Below, piece by piece: positions 1-14,942 of a DNA stretch of 64,000 nucleotides. Within the stretch, counting starts at the first letter, position 1. Every line of letters begins with the position of its first letter. This DNA comes from Ascoidea asiatica JCM 7603 (Eukaryota > Fungi > Ascomycota): NCBI GenBank assembly GCA_001600695.1, contig BCKQ01000003.1, positions 53,572 through 117,571 of the forward strand, read 5' to 3'. The notes beneath the pieces were generated by a model. It was not told the DNA's origin, did not search any database, and saw only the letters and a list, made by a program, of their open reading frames with translations. The translations under genes were made by a program, and so were the position numbers.

Positions 1-201
1 AAATTACCCAATCCCAATTCGGGGAGGTAGTGACAATAAATAACGATACAGGGCCCTTTTGGGTCTTGTAATTGTAATGAGAACAATGTAAATATCTTAA
101 CGAGGAACAATTGAAGGGCAAGTCTGGTGCCAGCAGCCGCGGTAATTCCAGCTTCAATAGCGTATATTAAAGTTGTTGCTGTTTAAAAGCTCGTAGCTGA
201 A
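1..201 (+). pseudogene. Degenerate 18S rRNA fragment (runs off the window start; ends just before V4)
   Basis: Contains the universal SSU motif GTGCCAGCAGCCGCGGTAATTCCAGC and flanks matching fungal 18S. Normally invariant positions are substituted (TTGTAATGA for TTGGAATGA, TTGAAGGGC for TTGGAGGGC, GCTTCAAT for GCTCCAAT, GTAGCTGAA for GTAGTTGAA). Similarity stops abruptly at ~201 into AT-rich DNA. Confidence 0.9.
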
Positions 202-499
202 TAAACTTCAAAAGTTGTTTTTGAAATATACATTACCAAGAAAAAAAATATGAGAATATATTTTTGTTACTTTTTCATTTCTTTTTTACATTCTGTTTTA
301 TTTAATTGATTTTCTTTCTTTCTTTCTTTATATCATCTATTTATTTTTTCTTTATTTAATTGTTTTATATTAATCCATTCTATTGTATTTAATAAAAATT
401 ACATCATACCTTTGTGATTAATATTTTATAGAGGATCAATTTTATAATCAGATAACTGATTTATATAATAAACAATTCCAGAAATTATTTTATCTAAGA

Positions 500-1873
500 T
501 TAATTGACCATTATTTACGGCTATTGATAAAATTTCTTCTAACATTCCAATACTTAAATTAAAATCTATAGATAATTTCAAAAATGTTTTTCAAATATCT
601 TATTGCATTCAAAGATTTTTGGGTAAATGGAAATTCTTCTATTTGATACTTTTTACATCATGCTGATCTTATAATTGCCATAGTACCTGATCCAAATTGA
701 TTTCAAAAGGATTTATCACAATCATTTGATGTTGGGAACTGTGAACCAAATTATTTTATGGGTTTTGATGTCAATCATACAAAGTATTGTATAGCAGGTT
801 CAACTTGTCAATACCGATTAAAATGAATTGAATCTCTAGGTGACATTGTTTCTGAGTTCATTATGTGTTGATAATAACAACCATTTACTTTAAGTGGATC
901 ACTATTAGCAAATCCTTCAAATGACGAGGCTTCTATACGTACTGATCAATATCTTGAACAAGTTTCTTTACACAGAGCCCAAGAAAATCTTGGTAATTTT
1001 ATAGTTTCCCACATTCCTCCGCTTGATAGTTCAATTAAATTCTATCTAAGATTAAAAGGAACTTTAACTTATATTGATCATCATAACCTTTTATAAAATT
1101 CTAGCCTAGTATATATAATGGAAGTGACCTTACATATATTAATGTTTATTCGAATGCTTCTTTTAGAAGAATATCTTCTGATTACGCTTGTTATTTAATA
1201 ACTGTTAATGGATGTTATTCTAAAGCAAAATCATACGTTATTTTTTCAACATGTTCACATTCGTATTATGCAGAGCTTTTGGAACTTTCTGCAGCAGTTG
1301 AACGAACCTTTAGTATTTTATCTACATTAAAGGATTTAAAATTTCAAGGAAGTACGATGAATGTTTTTTCCGATAATAAACCACTTGTGGATCGTACCAA
1401 ATTTTTATTTTCGACGCAACCAAAGGAGCCGTCAAATTATTTGAAACCAATGATGCATAATAATGAATTATTGTTGAACAAATTTATTAATCTTTCACTT
1501 ATATCGGGTGAAATTAATCCTGCTGATATTTTTACAAAAATTCTTGGTGGGATGAAACGCTCTTTCTTGTTAAGTGACGTTGTTGGTAGGCGCTTTTCTT
1601 TTCTTATATAACCTCTGCTTATTGGACCAGATGTTAGCTGGTTATGTTGAAATCAGCCTAGTAAAACCCTACTTTTTAAAGCATTTTTCTTCTTTTTGTT
1701 TTTCCATTCCTTTCACTGTCTCTACGACTTTCACTAGGTCCTGTCCGTTGTTCTACCTCAAGGTGGCAAGTTTTCCTTTTCTCTTTTTTCTTTTGTTCAG
1801 GTTTAGTGTCAATCCTTTTCTTTCTACACTTTCTTTTCTTTGGTTTAATAAAAGAAATCATTTCATACTAACA
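500..1873 (+). mobile_element. Ty1/copia remnant: decayed RT/RNase H 3' part plus probable 3' LTR (~1645-1873)
   Basis: ORF 1279-1611 has the copia RNase H C-terminal motifs FSDNKP and ISGEINPADIFTK. It is followed by TGTTG (1645)...TAACA (1873). The 5' boundary is approximate. Confidence 0.75.
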
Positions 1874-2900
1874 CGTTTCCACTACCAGGATTATTGTTAG
1901 CCTTGTAAGTATTTTTCCTATTCCAAAAGCGTGATTGGTCTTTATAGTCATCTAAAAGCTGCCCACATTTACCATTTCCTTTTTCGTACGGTTTGAAAAA
2001 ATTAAAACATTTTCCTTTAAATAATATGTCCTTATTATGTTGAACTAAATTTAAACGGTTTTGTCTCTGCGACATCTGCATTAATTATATTATGTCCCTT
2101 GGTAATAAGATGTTTATTATCGACCCGCCTATAGCCTTTATCAGTTTCGTTATTTCGGTATGTTTTGTGTAATGGAATTGGTTTTATCTACCCCCAGTCT
2201 TTTCATTTTTCTCTGTGGTCTTCAATCTCATTATTATAAACCTTGCAATGCTGCGTTGAATTAAAGCTCCATAAGCATATTTGTTTTTGTAAATTGTATT
2301 AGTAACTGGAAGTTTGTTAACCACTAAGATATGTTTCCTACCTTGTAGGCATTTGGTTACAAGTTTTGTTTCCGTCATAGAGCTAAATGCTCTAAAGTAT
2401 GGAATACTTAGATCTTTCATAAGAAACACGGTTGAACTATGTAATGCATATTCAATATGGACTACCAACTCATTTGTTAGCTCCCACTTTGTTTCGTCCT
2501 TTAGTTCTTGAATAGGCAATGAGTCTGATGCTTCTACTTTGGTTTGATTTCATATATATCCCTCACCGCAAACACTATTTTTCTATCAAGCTTTATGCAA
2601 AAAGGATTAGGACTTTTTTAAACTTAAGCATTCGACAGCTGGAGAATTTCAGGAGGTACGATGCGTTCTGATCTGAAACCATATATTATCGATTATCCAA
2701 AACCCACACCTGGTATTCACATAGCTTTGCATATGATCTCCCTTCTAACGATATATGGTTTATGCTACTCTGGTCACCTCTGATTGAAGCTCCTTTCTCG
2801 ACTCCTATTCTATTTAGTTATCTAGATAAAGCGTCTACTGCTGATATATTTATATGATTCTTGTCTATATTTGTAGGGAACTCTATTAACCAATGGTATG
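1874..2900 (-). mobile_element. Probable decayed retrotransposon gag fragment
   Basis: ORF 1863-2081 contains FKGKCFNFFKP...C, resembling a decayed CCHC zinc knuckle (KGKCFNCxKxGH). It lies between other TE remnants; boundaries are approximate. Confidence 0.35.
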
Positions 2901-3099
2901 CCTTCAAGATGTGGAGAATTTGAAATGCATACCGTTGTTGGAAGCGCCCCTTGAACCACCTGGTTTCCCATAGTCTCGATGAATGAAAGCAATATAAAAT
3001 TTATTTGAAGACTAGTAACTTGAATTTAGTCTGATTTTCCAAATCGTCGGTAATAGGTTGCTTCCAATTCTTCTTGTGGTTATTGCTGTTGGCTCATTA

Positions 3100-6000
3100 G
3101 AAATATAATAACATATGGTTGTAAGGTCATTGTATAAATTTTGCATCACAAAAGCATTTGTAATAACTCTGGTAGTTCAAAATGACAAACTGTATAGGTC
3201 ATCCTCCAAAGTTGAGCAATGTTTTCTGAGACTTCTTTTAGCACACCAGTCAATAACCTCGGCATGATACTATTCAAAATGACCCATCATAGAGTACTGT
3301 GACTTAATCGACGAATCAGTATTAACCTCTACTAATTTACCTTCTACCAATTGTTTATATGATATCAGTTGATATATATACAAATATTTAAGTTTTTCGA
3401 CTATTTAATGTAGTGCAATAAATACTTTAACATACTCTCATACATTAATGTAGCTTTTTGTGTGCATTTCTCCAAATATAAAACTGGCAAGACAATCGTG
3501 TATCGAATCACTGTCTTAAGCCACAAACATTTGGCCAATACTGTTGGAACACAACTAGGATTTTCTTCATTAACTTGAATTGTTTCGTCAAATATCCAAT
3601 TATCTGGTAAACCTGTATCTATTGGAAACTGGGTACCATGTAAATTTTTTATCCTCAACTCTTCACTCATTGATTGAATTGACTTTCACCTGCTAACTTA
3701 ATGCTATTTTCACCGTTGTTTACGCTTATCCCAAAATAAGCCTCTGAATTTTTGGAGGTAGATAAGTAAAAGTACTTTTTCAATTCATTGGAACATTCCA
3801 TAGCTCACCAGCCTGCGAGTACCATCAATGAAACTTGAGTAACATGAATTATTCCTACCAATTCTGCTTAACTTAATGAGTTAGAGAAACCGGAATTCTC
3901 ACTTGAAAACATCATACAATTGATTTCCTTTGATATGTTACCTAACTTTAGGTGAACTACAAACAGCCTGTCCTTAAGCCCATAAACACTTCGATTCACT
4001 TAGAAGTATTTCTGGCCATTCTCAAACCCTTCAGGAATATAACATAGTAAATTTCGAGTTGTTTCAGCAGATACGAATGCACCTGTCATAGCTGCAACAT
4101 ATATTTTGAATCCCAGTCCAACACAATACTTAAGCACGGCGCTAATGGAAACAGAGTTTGCTACCCGAATTTTTCGCCATCAATAAACTGGGAATCTCTA
4201 TTTCCAAAAACTAGTAATACTGCCTTAGCTAATCCAACTGGCTTTCGGTTAAAAATCCATAGCAGTTTGATTACATTATTAGCCTTGTTCAAATTTCAAT
4301 CAACAAAACGAATTTCAATTGATAAAATTGCTTGTCGCCTTTTCAGTTCATAGGTTCCATTCAGTGATTTTATTAGGTTGTTTATAATCTTTAAGCTCAA
4401 AATCATTATCACCGGTAAACAATAATACCTCATCAAAATCTTCCGCAGGTTCAGTGGCTGAATTATTTTGATAGACTTTCCTCTTTTGAGATGAAATATG
4501 TCGCTGTGTTTCTATTAGCTCAAAGGAAAATAACCTAACAGAATTTCAAAAATCACATTGAACTGCAGAGTCTTCGCCTTGCTAAAATTGGAGGAATGAT
4601 TATTTCTAGCATCCCGTGTTGTTATAAACAAAAGTAAGGGATTGGTGTATTTGAGAAAGTTAAAATTTAGCATTGTTCTAAAATCAACAGGTGGAAAACA
4701 GTTTCAAGAAAAATCTTTTAGTGCAACAAAATTAGGAGTACCATTCTCATTGTCACGAACGTAATAATATGACTTTACCGTGATATTTCCTTTTCTGAGT
4801 ATGCAGTCTCGACCGAATATCGGCAATCTTGAACAACAATCGACATTTTGACCAAAAATCGGCAGTCTTGACGAATGTGAGCAAACTAGCCCCCCCCCCG
4901 GAGTAACTTTAACGCCGTTTTCTCAACTAAATGAGGAAACCACCTGTTGACTAAGCTAATAGCTTCAGTATTACCGAACCGTCTGTTATTGAACTTCTAT
5001 AATTTGGCTATCGGCCCCAATAAGTTATTCACTATGTTTTCTAAGTGTCCAACTTGATGGTCAACCCAACTATTATGACAGCCTCCATATGGCGGACTGT
5101 TTTCCGTAGATGCTGAAATTTATAAACTTCAGTTCATTATCGGCCTGGAGAATAGCAAGTTATCAATAAAGTAGCCTAATCCATTTCTACAATACCTTAT
5201 TAAGGTTACCCAATATTGCGGGTTTCCTCCTTATTCTAATAATTTCACCAACGAAAGAAACCTGCTACAGAAATATAATATTCCCAATTTCCGCTTACCG
5301 ATTCACATGGTCCAATTGTGTCAGTATATAAAATACTCAAGCATTGTAAATACAGGGGTAATTTCACTGTATTATGACCGATTTCTTTAATTTAGGTTCC
5401 TCCACAAACACCACAGTTTCCAAACATTGTTCAAACTCTAACGGATACTTTTATTTTAAGTTTTCTATTTGTTGGTACATATGGATCAGCATAATCCACG
5501 TGCAATCTAAAGATATTGTTATTTTTCGGAACTGTATCATTCAACATTATTATTTTCACAACATCTGCAACAACTTGACCACTGCTCAGCAAATTTTCAA
5601 TCTTGAACTCGTTAGCTGGTTTTGAGATACTTACTTTTATACTCGGAAGATCTTATCTTGTATTCAAGGTTTCTGATGTCTTTTGCCACTTTATAGGGAT
5701 TTTCGTTAGAAATCTTTATACAATTAATAGCAAGAATATTATTGTAATCAAATTCACTTTTCAAATCCACTGACCGTGAATTATGCAAAAATGAGTTTCA
5801 AACTGTTAGCACAGGAGTGTTACTCCAATAAACATGTACTAAAAAGTTTGCCTTCCACAGTTCACATTTACCAGAAGTAAACTCTATTAAAAACTTGACA
5901 GTGAAAGATTTATGTGAATTTCTACTATCTAAAATGTTCACTGTGCCGACGAAAAACTGTTATTTTGAAGCTTTCCAGGTAGTATCAGTATTACTTCATC

Positions 6001-7665
6001 TTTCTTAGGCATCTTCTGCCAGGGTCATGGAATATCTTACATTATTTTCAGACTCTTCTTTTACTATCATATTTAATATCCAGTTTTGACTTTTTTCTTC
6101 CGGCCAAATTTTCCAGGAAAACAACTTAAAATATTGGACATCCCAACCGAATTTTTATTTGCTGCAATTACTGCTTTACATTCCCCTAGCTTATATTTAG
6201 TACCAGAAAATTTCAAGGTATAAACTCTATTTCGATTTTTCATATTGAAATCAGCAAACTTTTTACTTCCAGCAGGTTCAATCAAGTGTTTCATACTCTT
6301 ATCTAAAATAATTTGTCTGATGCTTTGAAGAGAAAAGTTTTTTCTTAATGTCAACTAGTAGAGCATGAGTTTTCCGTGCAAAGTGTAAGTCATCCGATAA
6401 ATTTTTCGAGAACTGTTATTTTAACATAATTAGCAGGTATTACAAGCCGCTTTCGATGACTAAAATGTTCTTTTGTATTTAACTGCGTGGCGCTGAAAGT
6501 AGTTCCAAAAATCTAATGAATGAGCAGGGCCAGCATGCCCAAAAGCATGCAATGAACTTGAAGCATTTTCACATAAATTACCATCCGTAATTAAACCATC
6601 AATGAAATTGAGAACTTTAACGGGCGAAGCTAAATTTTCAGAACAGCCCGTATACACCACTTCACAAAGGGTTTCTTTAATTTAAATACATAATTCACTG
6701 CTAAGTTGCGTTCATTAGATAGACTTACAGTCCCCTGGAATATGCTTCCGAACCAGAACCCCAGTTAAAATTGAATTATTCCGTATAAACTGATAATGAT
6801 GGTTTGTAGCTGCTTACGGTCAATGAGCCTATATAGAGTTAGAATATTGTTTGGGAGCTTTAATATAGTAAGATGAGTCCATATTTCTTGTGTTCCAAAT
6901 AAAGTGTTCTTATTTGACTTTTACCAAACAAACATACTGATCAATAAGAACCAAACAATAAAAGCAGCCAATATCATTTGATATTTTTTAATTGCTTAAT
7001 TAATTACACTTCAATGATAAATTAACTGTAACTCTTTAACTACATTACTCGGGCATACCTCATAACCTAATATACTGAGGCTACCTCTGATGGAGGATCT
7101 TTTTGGGACCATCATTCTGTATCTTAATTTAAACACTGCCTATGTTCAATCTGTTTATCTGACAACTTGCTAAATTTCTCTGCTAAGCCATTGCGCATTA
7201 GACTCTCTTTTATACATGACGTAAGATGCATGGTACTTGGAAGAGTGGTCGCCTCGCACGTTTTCCAGTAGCGTATCAGCATTCACCATTGTTGCGAACC
7301 CCATAGTTCTTTCCTCTCTCTGGATACATCTGCTGAACCACCAACAGATAACGCTTGTTTCATGGAATATATGTTGGTGTCCTAACCAGAGACCAGCTCT
7401 TGGACGCGAATTTAACGGCTAATAAACAACTAGCATGTTAACCAATTTATAAAAAAGTCAAAACATATATACAATTATTTCATAGTGGCATCGCTCCCTG
7501 TCTCCTGTAGTAAACAAACCGTTATGCGACAAGGGATTAAACACGGATATAACATTATTTTATTAGGGCCTTCTTCACGGCCCAGTCAGCATAAGCCGTG
7601 CCCGGTTGATAAGCTCTTGACATAATATTCATCTAGGACTTTTTCTTTACTAGCTATAGTTAACA
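3100..7665 (-). mobile_element. Heavily decayed Ty1/copia element; candidate 5' LTR 7436-7665
   Basis: Minus-strand fragments lie in copia order: PR-like VYTGCSEN (~6650), RT IKLLWIFNRKP..AKAVLLVFGNR (~4270-4200) and AMTGAFVSA, RNase H region LAKCLWLKT (ORF 3401-3670). Segment 7436-7665 is bounded by TGTTAAC/GTTAACA. Confidence 0.65.
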
Positions 7666-8323
7666 CGTTTACTTTAATGGTTAGGCAGGGATCGTTTATA
7701 TAATATTTGCCGTGCATCCTGAAAAAACCAAACAAAAACAAGAAAAGTTTCGTGTATACGGTCTCCGTATATGAGACGATATGCAGATGGCAGTAATGCT
7801 CTTGGTCACCATACATTGTCTGTGAGGGTCAGTGATCAGTGGCAGATTATTCAAGTTTAATCAAAGTCGATTTGAAGTTCCGCGCCAGGAAATCTGTTAG
7901 TAAATTCTTCTGGACGCACTGTCAGTGTGGTTTTCTACAAGGTTGCATTTACTTATTTTGTGATTCTTCACATATTTAAATTGAACGGCTGTGACATTGG
8001 GCCTGTTTTGGTTTTAAATATTAAGGAAATCTAAAACGAACCATAACTGACAGAAAATTCAATGATTTAGGCATAAACAAATGTTTTTGAAAAACTCTGT
8101 TTTTTTGCTAAATGGGCTACTTGTAGTGGTTAAGTGATTTTGTGTTATAACTCGTAAGCAGTTCAAGGTCTACTTCCAAGATATGCGATACTCTCTCCTC
8201 CATTTATTTAATAACTGCGTTATTTTTTGCCCTTAAATTCAGGTATACAGCAAACTAAAATTTCCTAATTTTGTTTCTGTCCCAGATTTAGGGGAACCCA
8301 CCTGAAATTTGTCCTGTTTTTTT

Positions 8324-8521
8324 TGTAATGAAGGGGTCTATCTAGATTATATTTAGTTCCCTAACAGTATTTTTTGAAGCTATATATTTCGAATTGCTTA
8401 AGTATTAGAATTAACATTCATTGTAAAAATTAAGGGAGTACGTATTTATATAAATGGAATAAATCCTATAATTAATTGGTGATGACACATAATACGGGTT
8501 GGCCCAATAGTGTTCATTACA
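8324..8521 (-). repeat. 3' LTR of the gypsy element (198 bp)
   Basis: 9-bp terminal inverted repeat TGTAATGAA/TTCATTACA, adjacent to the PPT. Homologous to 14872-14942 plus 23501-23631. Confidence 0.85.
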
Positions 8522-11500
8522 CCATCCTTCTCTTAAAAGAGGCATTAACAAAACTTTGAAGTAGTAAAATAAAAGTTGAATTTGATAATTGATAAAATTA
8601 TCTGTAAAAAGATTGAATTAACTAAAATCGAATTATTCGGAATATACTTTAATATTATTATATTTGTGAATTTTCGGAATTGTTATTGTATTCAATAGTT
8701 TTAGACTTTTGTTTTTTTGTTTTTGATTTTTTTGATTGATTATTTGATTATTTGATTATGCTATTGTTTTATGATCCTATTTATCTATTATTCCATTATT
8801 GTCTTATAATCTTATTATTTTATTATATTATTATATTATTATATTACTATATTATTAATAGAATAAGTATCTAATAATGATAGTATTGTATGAGAACAAA
8901 AAATGTAATTCCTTTAATTCCTTTAATAGTAGTTATAAAAGTCTTCACTGTTACAATTAAAACACCATAGTAAAGTAAGGATGTTTGTAATTACTGGTTT
9001 TGAGTTTTCAAAAATCACATGTTACCAACTTATAAATTTGTCAACAAAAAAAAGATAAAAATTTGAAACACAAATTGAACAAAAATTTGTTGTTCAATTA
9101 ATAAAAATTGATTTGATAAGAAATACATTAAAAAATAAAAAAAAAGGTGGAATAAAAAGACAAATTAAGCAATGGTCATGAGCTTTTGCACATTAATATG
9201 ATGTAGTTATTTTTTAAAACTTCTATGTATAAGCGTTTTTATGATTGAAAATGATTTACTAAATTTTTAATTTGAAATTATATGTGAATATTGTTATTTA
9301 TTTGGTGAAATATATTGAGTGCAAGATAATGAATAGGCATATTTTATTGATGAATTAAACGGGTATAGAAGGATGGTATTATTTTAGAAAAATGTGTTGA
9401 ATACTATGAAACAATTTTATGTTGAATACAAATGTTTTTGTTATTTGTGAAATATTTCATTTTAATTACTAATAATTGTTGAAATTTTAAATAATTAAAT
9501 GGATTTTAACTGAGAGTATGAATTCCTTCCTGTCTCTTGTAAAAATTGATTTAATTCTTTAAAATATATTAATGATTGTCCTAACTTGACTGGAAAATTT
9601 GAAAATTATGATTACCCTAGTCTTTTTATTACAGTCTTTATAATTGAGTTGATATTTCTTAGTATTATTATTATAAGTTTGAATTATTAATTTTTGATTT
9701 ATTTAACTTGCTCTTAATTTTTGTTGAGTATAATTTGATGGAACGTTTTTTGGATATTGTAGAAAATGATAATGATTAAGTCAATTATAATGAAAGCTTG
9801 ATGAACTTTTGTATTCTAATTTGTAATTGCAATCTATATGAATTAACATTGAATTTCTTAATTACTCTAAAAGGACCTTCAAAAATTGACTGATATTCAT
9901 TTCTATAACTAGTGAATATTTTTTTATGAACTAATACAAAGTGTGCAGTTTTAAATGTTCTTTTATTATGATTTTTATTATAAAACTTCCGTTGATTTAA
10001 TTTAGGATCTGTAACTTGAGTTTCAATAGATTTTAAAAACTCTTTTTGATTTTCTGCAAAAGCATTTGCTATTGAACTAATATTTAATAAGTTTGATTCT
10101 TCTACTGATCATGTTGAATTAAAATATAAATCCATTTCATATCTAGTTAAACGTGTTGATTCTAGTATTTGTGAAGTGATATTGTATTTTAAAATACCAA
10201 AATAAAAAGGCCAACTAGTTAAATCAAAAGATGCTAAGTTTGTAATTTGATTTCTAATTAATTTTTTAATTATTTCTAATAATCCTCTAGTTCCTTTATG
10301 ATTTGTTGTTGACATTGATATTTTAACTTTGAAATGAATCACGATTGTTTCACAAATTGAACAAACGAATAATCTATCCCTATTTGAACTCATATTTCAT
10401 GGTAAACCAAGAAGTCGTAAATAATTGTATATGAGTAATTTCTTCTTCTGTTGTTATTGTTTCAGTAACAAAAAATAATATTTTTCTTTTTGTTAATTTA
10501 TCGATTATTACCCAAATTGAATATTTTGAGCCTGTTTCGTTAGATGATTTTGAAATGGTAGGGAAATAAATTATATTTCATTCCAATTTCTGTCGTGGTG
10601 GATAATTTGATATTAATTTTCCATTTTTTAAAATTGAATCATTATTTTTTTGACATCCATAACAAGACTGACTTTCCTTTTTGATTTTTTCTTTTAATTT
10701 AGGCATATAAAATTATCTATTGATGAGAACGTAAGTTCCAAAAATTCCAGAATATCAATGATTTGAATTAAAATATCAGAAAACTTGAAATGAAAATTTT
10801 TCTGGAACGCAAATGCTGAAAGTTTCTGGATTATTAGCATTATCATAAGATACGTTATGATTTTCTAATTTAAAAACTTTTATGCTAGGTTTGAATTTAT
10901 TTGCAATAATGAATAGTTCTCTTTATTATTCGACTCTGAATCTGGTTGATTTTCTTTAAATATTTATAAATTTTTGAAAACTAAAGATCTGTTGAATAAC
11001 CATCTGAGATTGATTCTAGGAGTGTATTTCTTCTAATGTGTATTTATGTTTCACTTAATAATATCGAAAAATGATTTAATTCTATCTTTGATAAAATATC
11101 GGCAGAACCAATCTTAACTCATCTTCTATGGAGGAGTGGCCAATCGAGTTCAGGTACAGTATCGAACCATCTATTAATTCTTCCTTTTAGTTGATGATTT
11201 GGGTTGAGCATTGATTTTAAACTTTCATGATCTGTTATTATTTGAAATCTTTTGCCATGGAAATAATGCAGACCAAACCTTAATGATTCGATAATTGCTA
11301 AAAATTCTTTTTTTCTTATTCGATACTTCTTTTCTGCTTTTTTAAAATTCTTAAAAATATACATTACTCGTACATATGAGGGTTTAATTTTGTTAATTTT
11401 TTCTCGATTTTCCTTTAATAATCTTTTGGAGTTTAAATTTTTATTTTCTTCTCATTCTTCCAAAACTCCTCCTAATGCAAATTCACTTGCATCTGTTGAG

Positions 11501-14500
11501 AATCTGCATGATGATGAAAGATTTGGAATTCTTAAAAATCGAATTGATAAAATTTCTTCTTTTAATTAATTGCATGATGAAATACTCTGATGATGTAATG
11601 AAAGTTTTTTTATTATTTAGTTCAATTATTTGAAAGGTGCTCTTTGCAAAATTTTGAATTAAATTTGTATAATAATTCATAAAGCCATAGAAACTATGTA
11701 ACTCGTTGCGGGAATATAATTTGTAATTTTTTCATTTTTCATGATTTGAAGGTGGTATTCAATATTTTTAATTTTAAATCCTAAAAAGATTAATTCGTGA
11801 ACAAAAAAATTTTATTTTTCTTCCTTGATAAATAAAAGATTTTCTTTTAATATATTAAAACGTTTCTCTGATAAAATTGAATTTGAATCTAAATTTTTTG
11901 AAACAACTAAGATATTGTCTAAATACACGATTTCTCTATTTAAATAAAGATGTTTAAAAATTGAATAAATGAATTTATAAAATGATGATGGTAACGTCGT
12001 GATTCCAAATGGAGCTGCTTTATAATTGTACTTACCAAACACACTTGTAATTGTAGTAAATGTTTCACTTTTTTCTGTTAATTTTAATTCATTATACCCT
12101 GAAGTTAAATCTATTTCTGAATAAAGTTTTGCACTGAATAAATTTTCTAACGAACTATCAATATGCTTTAAAGGAAAAATATAATTATTTTTGGTAATTT
12201 GGTGTAATGTTCTATAATCTGCTAGTAAAGGATATTTTGATATATTATTTTTCTTTACTAAAAACCTGGTGTTAAAAATTGAGATTCTACCTCTTCCTCA
12301 ATTGAAATTTTTCATTCCTTTAATAATTGAGTAATTAAACTTTTCTATTCTTGTGTTTCCCAGTAGGATAATTTATAACATCTTGGTAATGTATTTTTTC
12401 GATCTCATTCTTCTCCTGGTCGAAGTTCTCATTCTTTAGCGTTGACTTTTTTTTGGGTGGTAAGAATGTTAGGTCTACAAAAATTTGTCGATTCTGTCTA
12501 AAATTTGATGAATAAATGGTGAATTTTTAACGTCTTTCTCCTCTTCTTTAAAATTTGATGTAAATATATAAATAACTTTGTTAATTGATTGAATTTCTGA
12601 ATTTTTCTTTAATTTCAAAATTGAAAATGGTATTAGCTGATTCTAATGCAATATGATTAATTTCAATTTCAGACGATGAAGAAGATGATAAATTTCATGA
12701 ATGATTTGAAGTTGGAATTGAATATTATCAATTTTCACTTAAATTCTTTGAAGGTTTTGAATTTGGAGTTAAATTCTTTGAGTTTTTTGAATGCTCAAAT
12801 TTATCATTTCGATATGCTACATTTTTTGAATTTAATTTTTCTTTAATTATATGATTTTGTAAATCTACATTTTATTGGTTAAAACGGTAAAACGTAATCG
12901 TAAATCATATTTTTCCATATCAATGGGGAATAAACTAATTTCTTTTGACTGTTGATTAAAATCTGAAATATTGAATGATGTTAAATTGGAAATTGTTTTA
13001 TTTCACCTTTGATCTAAAATTTCACTTTTGACTTTTACTGTACATATTGGAAATGTTTCTAAATTTAATGATGTTACCATATCTGATGAAATTAAATTTG
13101 ATGTTCATCATAAACCTATTAATGCTATTCTGTTTAAATTGAATTTATTGATTTTAAGTTCTACTACAAATAATGGTTTGATTGGTAAAAAAGATTTTTC
13201 TGCTGTTTTGATTTCCCTATGACTCTAGTTAATTTCATTGAAATCATTATTTCTTTTTAATGTTAACTTTAGTAATTGAATCGAATTTGCTGAAACTGAA
13301 TTTAATTCTGTTTTGCATACTTCTGAGTCATCAAACTCAATTGGCTTATCCGAATTTGAATTCGAATTAATATAATTATTATTATTACCATTATTTTGCT
13401 TGTAATATCTATTCGCATTATTGTAATTAGCTCTATAAGTAGTTCCTCTATAATTATTATTTCCTTTGTTACGGTTTTGATGATGGACAAAAGTCCCTTT
13501 ATCGTTGTTTCTATTGCTATTACTATAATTTCCTCCATGATTGGAATGATAATTACTATTGTCATTAATTGAATTTCTCGTGTTTTGATTATTTCCATTT
13601 TTATTACTATAAGTACTATTATTATTAAAGTTTCCATTATTGTTAAACTTTCTATTATTTGTACCCCTATTATTAAAGTTACGATTATTATAATTTGAGG
13701 TTGTATTATTCAATGCTGAGTTATAATCTGATGAAATAATCAATAAATCACAAAACTTTTTCATTTCAATGAAGTTGTTATTTTAATGTATAGTTGAACT
13801 TCATCTTTTAATGAATGAACTTATTGATCTTTTACTGATGATTTGTGTTTTATAGATGCTGGAATCTTGTAACTAATTGTTGACATTTCTGACTGAATGG
13901 AAAACCAAACACTGATTTGTTTTAAGTCATAATATCTTCTGATCAGTGTTTCTTTATATCCTGAAGGTCTGAATTGACTTTTCAATAATTCTTTAATTTT
14001 TGAAAATGTGTAGAAATTTGAAGTTAAAATATTTTAGCCAATGACTGCTCAATCTTTTAAATGAAATTTCATATTTGTGATTCGATCAGGTACGCTCACG
14101 TAAGATAATATACAAAGTTTTTCCTAATTTTCTAACCATGAACTTGTCTATTCAGCCAGGAAATATTCACTTTTAGTACTAGGTTTTCGCTTGAATACTT
14201 CTTGTGATGGAGTCTTTAATTCCTTATAGACCGCCCTAGTTGCTAGTGCTGAATGCTTAAAAATTGATTTATATGCTGATACTTTCGTTCAATAATTTGT
14301 TTAACTTTATTTATTTGATTTGCAGTTAATTCATATCATAATAAATTCATCGTTTCTTGTTATTGGTTATACATTTCAGTTTTTCCAGAGGTCCGATTAG
14401 ATAAACTTTCTAGTGTTTCCTGGAACATACATTCTAATTTTTGAATGGATAATATTTTTATTAATATATTTTCTCTGATGTTAATGGTTTCTAATTTTGA

Positions 14501-14857
14501 TTACTGTGTTTAGGCTTTAATTCCGCCTTTGGGGGGGGGTTGATTTGCTGGTTGACGAATATTGAATGTTGGATTTAGTAGCAGGATTGTTGAATTTCAA
14601 TGTTTGGACTTTTAAACTTCAATTTAGGATTTCTAGTTTCCAACTTCATATTTCTAATTGGCCGATTGTTTATGAGTGTTATATTAGCAATTGATGTCTA
14701 GTAATTGTACACCAGTGCAATCAATTCTTCAACATATTTCTCAAATATTTGGCTGTCAAAGTGTGAATTATTTTCTGATTAAGTTTCTGTAAAATGGTTG
14801 TTTCTAAATAAATGAATATGTGAGGTCTTGATTTGTTTGAAACCCTAAAATTAAGCC

Positions 14858-14869
14858 GCGGCGTTACCA
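14858..14869 (-). promoter_or_regulatory. Gypsy primer-binding site complementary to the 3' end of initiator tRNA-Met
   Basis: TGGTAACGCCGC matches the yeast iMet PBS TGGTAGCGCCGC at 11/12 positions and lies 2 nt from the LTR-terminal CA, as in Ty3. Confidence 0.8.
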
Positions 14870-14871
14870 AG

Positions 14872-14942
14872 TGGAATGAATCTCTTTACCTAAAAAAAAA
14901 GTAGTTAGTTTTGTAAAAAATTCATTGAGGATAGATATTGCG
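14872..14942 (-). repeat. Inner fragment of the split gypsy 5' LTR
   Basis: Starts TGGAATGAA (vs TGTAATGAA at 8324) and ends TTGAGGATAGATATTGCG (vs TTGAAGCTATATATTTCG in the 3' LTR). Confidence 0.7.

Noticed and set aside
1869-7670. TAACACGTTT at both 1869 and 7661, suggesting a CGTTT target-site duplication
   Set aside because: There is no TG end or LTR homology after 1878, so a single bounded element cannot be supported.
9180-9700. Possible chromodomain after the gypsy integrase
   Set aside because: Too decayed to recognise the motif.
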